NCBI GenBank assembly: GCA_038326615.1
Contig: JBBQKF010000002.1
Span: forward strand, 1,155-65,154
Reading direction: 5' to 3'
Length of the DNA stretch: 64,000 bases
Source: Saccharofermentanales bacterium
GTDB lineage: Bacteria > Bacillota > Clostridia > Saccharofermentanales > UBA5734
Position 1 is the stretch's first letter. Every line of letters starts with the position of its first letter. The notes beneath the pieces are model-generated. The model worked only from the letters and a program-made list of their open reading frames with translations, did no database searches and had not been told where the DNA came from. This document shows, in pieces, positions 63,134 to 64,000 of the stretch. The position numbers and the translations under genes were made by a program.

Positions 63134-64000
63134 ATGAATGAAAAACAGATGGTGCGACGAGTTTTTGTAGAAAAACGCAAGGAATTCTCAATCGAAGCTA
63201 ATGAAATTCTAAAAGATCTTAAAACTAACCTTGGAATAAAGACGTTAACCGGCATCCGAGTTATTAACAGATACGATATTTCAGGTGTTACACAAGATGA
63301 ATTTGATAAAGCTTTACCCCTTGTTTTCTCAGAACCTCCCGTAGACAATGTTTACCTAGAAAATGTAGATATCCTAGAAGCGACTGCTGTTTTTGCTATT
63401 GAATCCCTTCCTGGTCAGTATGACCAACGAGCAGATTCTGCTGCACAATGTGTTCAGATTCTTACATGTGGAATTAAGCCAATTTGCATCACTGCGAGAG
63501 TAATTGCCCTTTTTGGGAATGTATCATTAGAGGATGTCAATTCTATTAAAAATTACATGATTAACCCAGTTGAATGCCGACAGGCAAGTCTTGATAAGCC
63601 TTTGACATTAGAGCAGGAAATGCCAATACCAGATGATGTCATATCCGTTGATGGTTTTATAAATATGACCGCTGATGACCTTAAATCATACAGAGTGGAT
63701 ACGGGGTTTGCTATGTCAGATGAAGATTTGCTTTTTACGCAATCATATTTTATTAATGAAAAAAGAAATCCGACAATTACTGAATTAAAAGTTCTTGACA
63801 CATATTGGTCAGATCATTGCAGACATACAACATTTTTAACAAGAATTAAATCAGTTGAGTTTGCAAGCAATGACAAAATCTCAAACAAAATGCATGAGAT
63901 ATTTACTGATTATAAGAATAAAAGAGAAGAAATTTACGGTGCAAGAATATCGTCTAAACCAATTTGCTTAATGGATCTTGCGACTATGGCAATGAAACAA
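63134..64000 (+). CDS. purL: phosphoribosylformylglycinamidine synthase, large single-chain form, N-terminal 289 codons (runs off window)
   Basis: Not on the ORF track because there is no stop in the window. Hand translation MNEKQMVRRVFVEKRKEFSIEANEIL...LDTYWSDHCRHTTF matches clostridial FGAM synthase. Frame is open to 64000. Confidence 0.85.
   Translation, partial: MNEKQMVRRVFVEKRKEFSIEANEILKDLKTNLGIKTLTGIRVINRYDISGVTQDEFDKALPLVFSEPPVDNVYLENVDILEATAVFAIESLPGQYDQRADSAAQCVQILTCGIKPICITARVIALFGNVSLEDVNSIKNYMINPVECRQASLDKPLTLEQEMPIPDDVISVDGFINMTADDLKSYRVDTGFAMSDEDLLFTQSYFINEKRNPTITELKVLDTYWSDHCRHTTFLTRIKSVEFASNDKISNKMHEIFTDYKNKREEIYGARISSKPICLMDLATMAMKQ

Noticed and set aside
63109-63801. Two minus-strand ORFs (79 and 82 aa) at the window end
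   Set aside because: They lie antisense to the clearly homologous purL N-terminus, which is open to the window edge.
1-64000. Possibility of a non-standard genetic code, given the AT-richness and odd starts
   Set aside because: TGA, TAA and TAG all terminate well-conserved genes at the expected positions (e.g. TGA for ispG and rlmN, TAG for polC). No conserved gene is interrupted by in-frame stops.

Overview
Visibly AT-rich Firmicutes (Clostridia-like) chromosomal window with about 53 protein genes, mostly on the + strand and in classic housekeeping synteny. In order: cdsA (3' end)-dxr-rseP-ispG-DtxR-like-polC; priA-def-fmt-YugP-like-rsmB-rlmN-stp-pknB-rsgA-rpe-thiN; hlyIII. On the minus strand: a LiaF-like gene and a DUF4130 + radical-SAM DNA-repair pair. 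Then tmk-darA-holB-yaaT; a 56-aa ferredoxin missing from the ORF track; trmN6-like, rluF-like, rsmI. An accessory block follows between rsmI and metG: TnpB remnant, AraC regulator, 1039-aa polytopic membrane protein, lipoprotein, XRE-TM protein, fused permease. Then metG-tatD; PadR-DUF1700-DUF4097-PspC; DUF2284; LbH, HAD, NYN-LOTUS, pgeF; T-box-aspS-gatCAB; nagB; purL (5' part, also not on the track). I saw no rRNA, tRNA, CRISPR array or recognisable defence or secretion gene set. Observations worth a second look: (1) a ~167-bp MITE with 17-bp terminal inverted repeats and 6-bp target duplications, four copies, three of them splitting or flanking the T-box-controlled aspS-gatCAB operon. (2) PolC keeps the scaffold of its proofreading exonuclease domain, but by hand alignment both Exo I acidic residues and the Exo II Asp are substituted and no Exo III H-x4-D motif is recognisable. 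(3) A 72-nt hairpin-containing sequence that includes the last polC codons recurs inverted 26 kb away, next to an internally deleted TnpB remnant. (4) There are many short tandem-repeat arrays. Intergenic unit lengths are mostly not multiples of 3, and coding ones always are, giving low-complexity inserts in essential proteins. (5) A near-consensus promoter overlapped by a LexA-type box lies upstream of the radical-SAM/DUF4130 pair. (6) Three 24-bp-phased direct repeats abut the -35 of the large membrane-protein gene next to AraC. I cannot point to a clearly novel multi-gene system. The accessory block 35.4-45.2 kb is the only candidate and its function is unknown.
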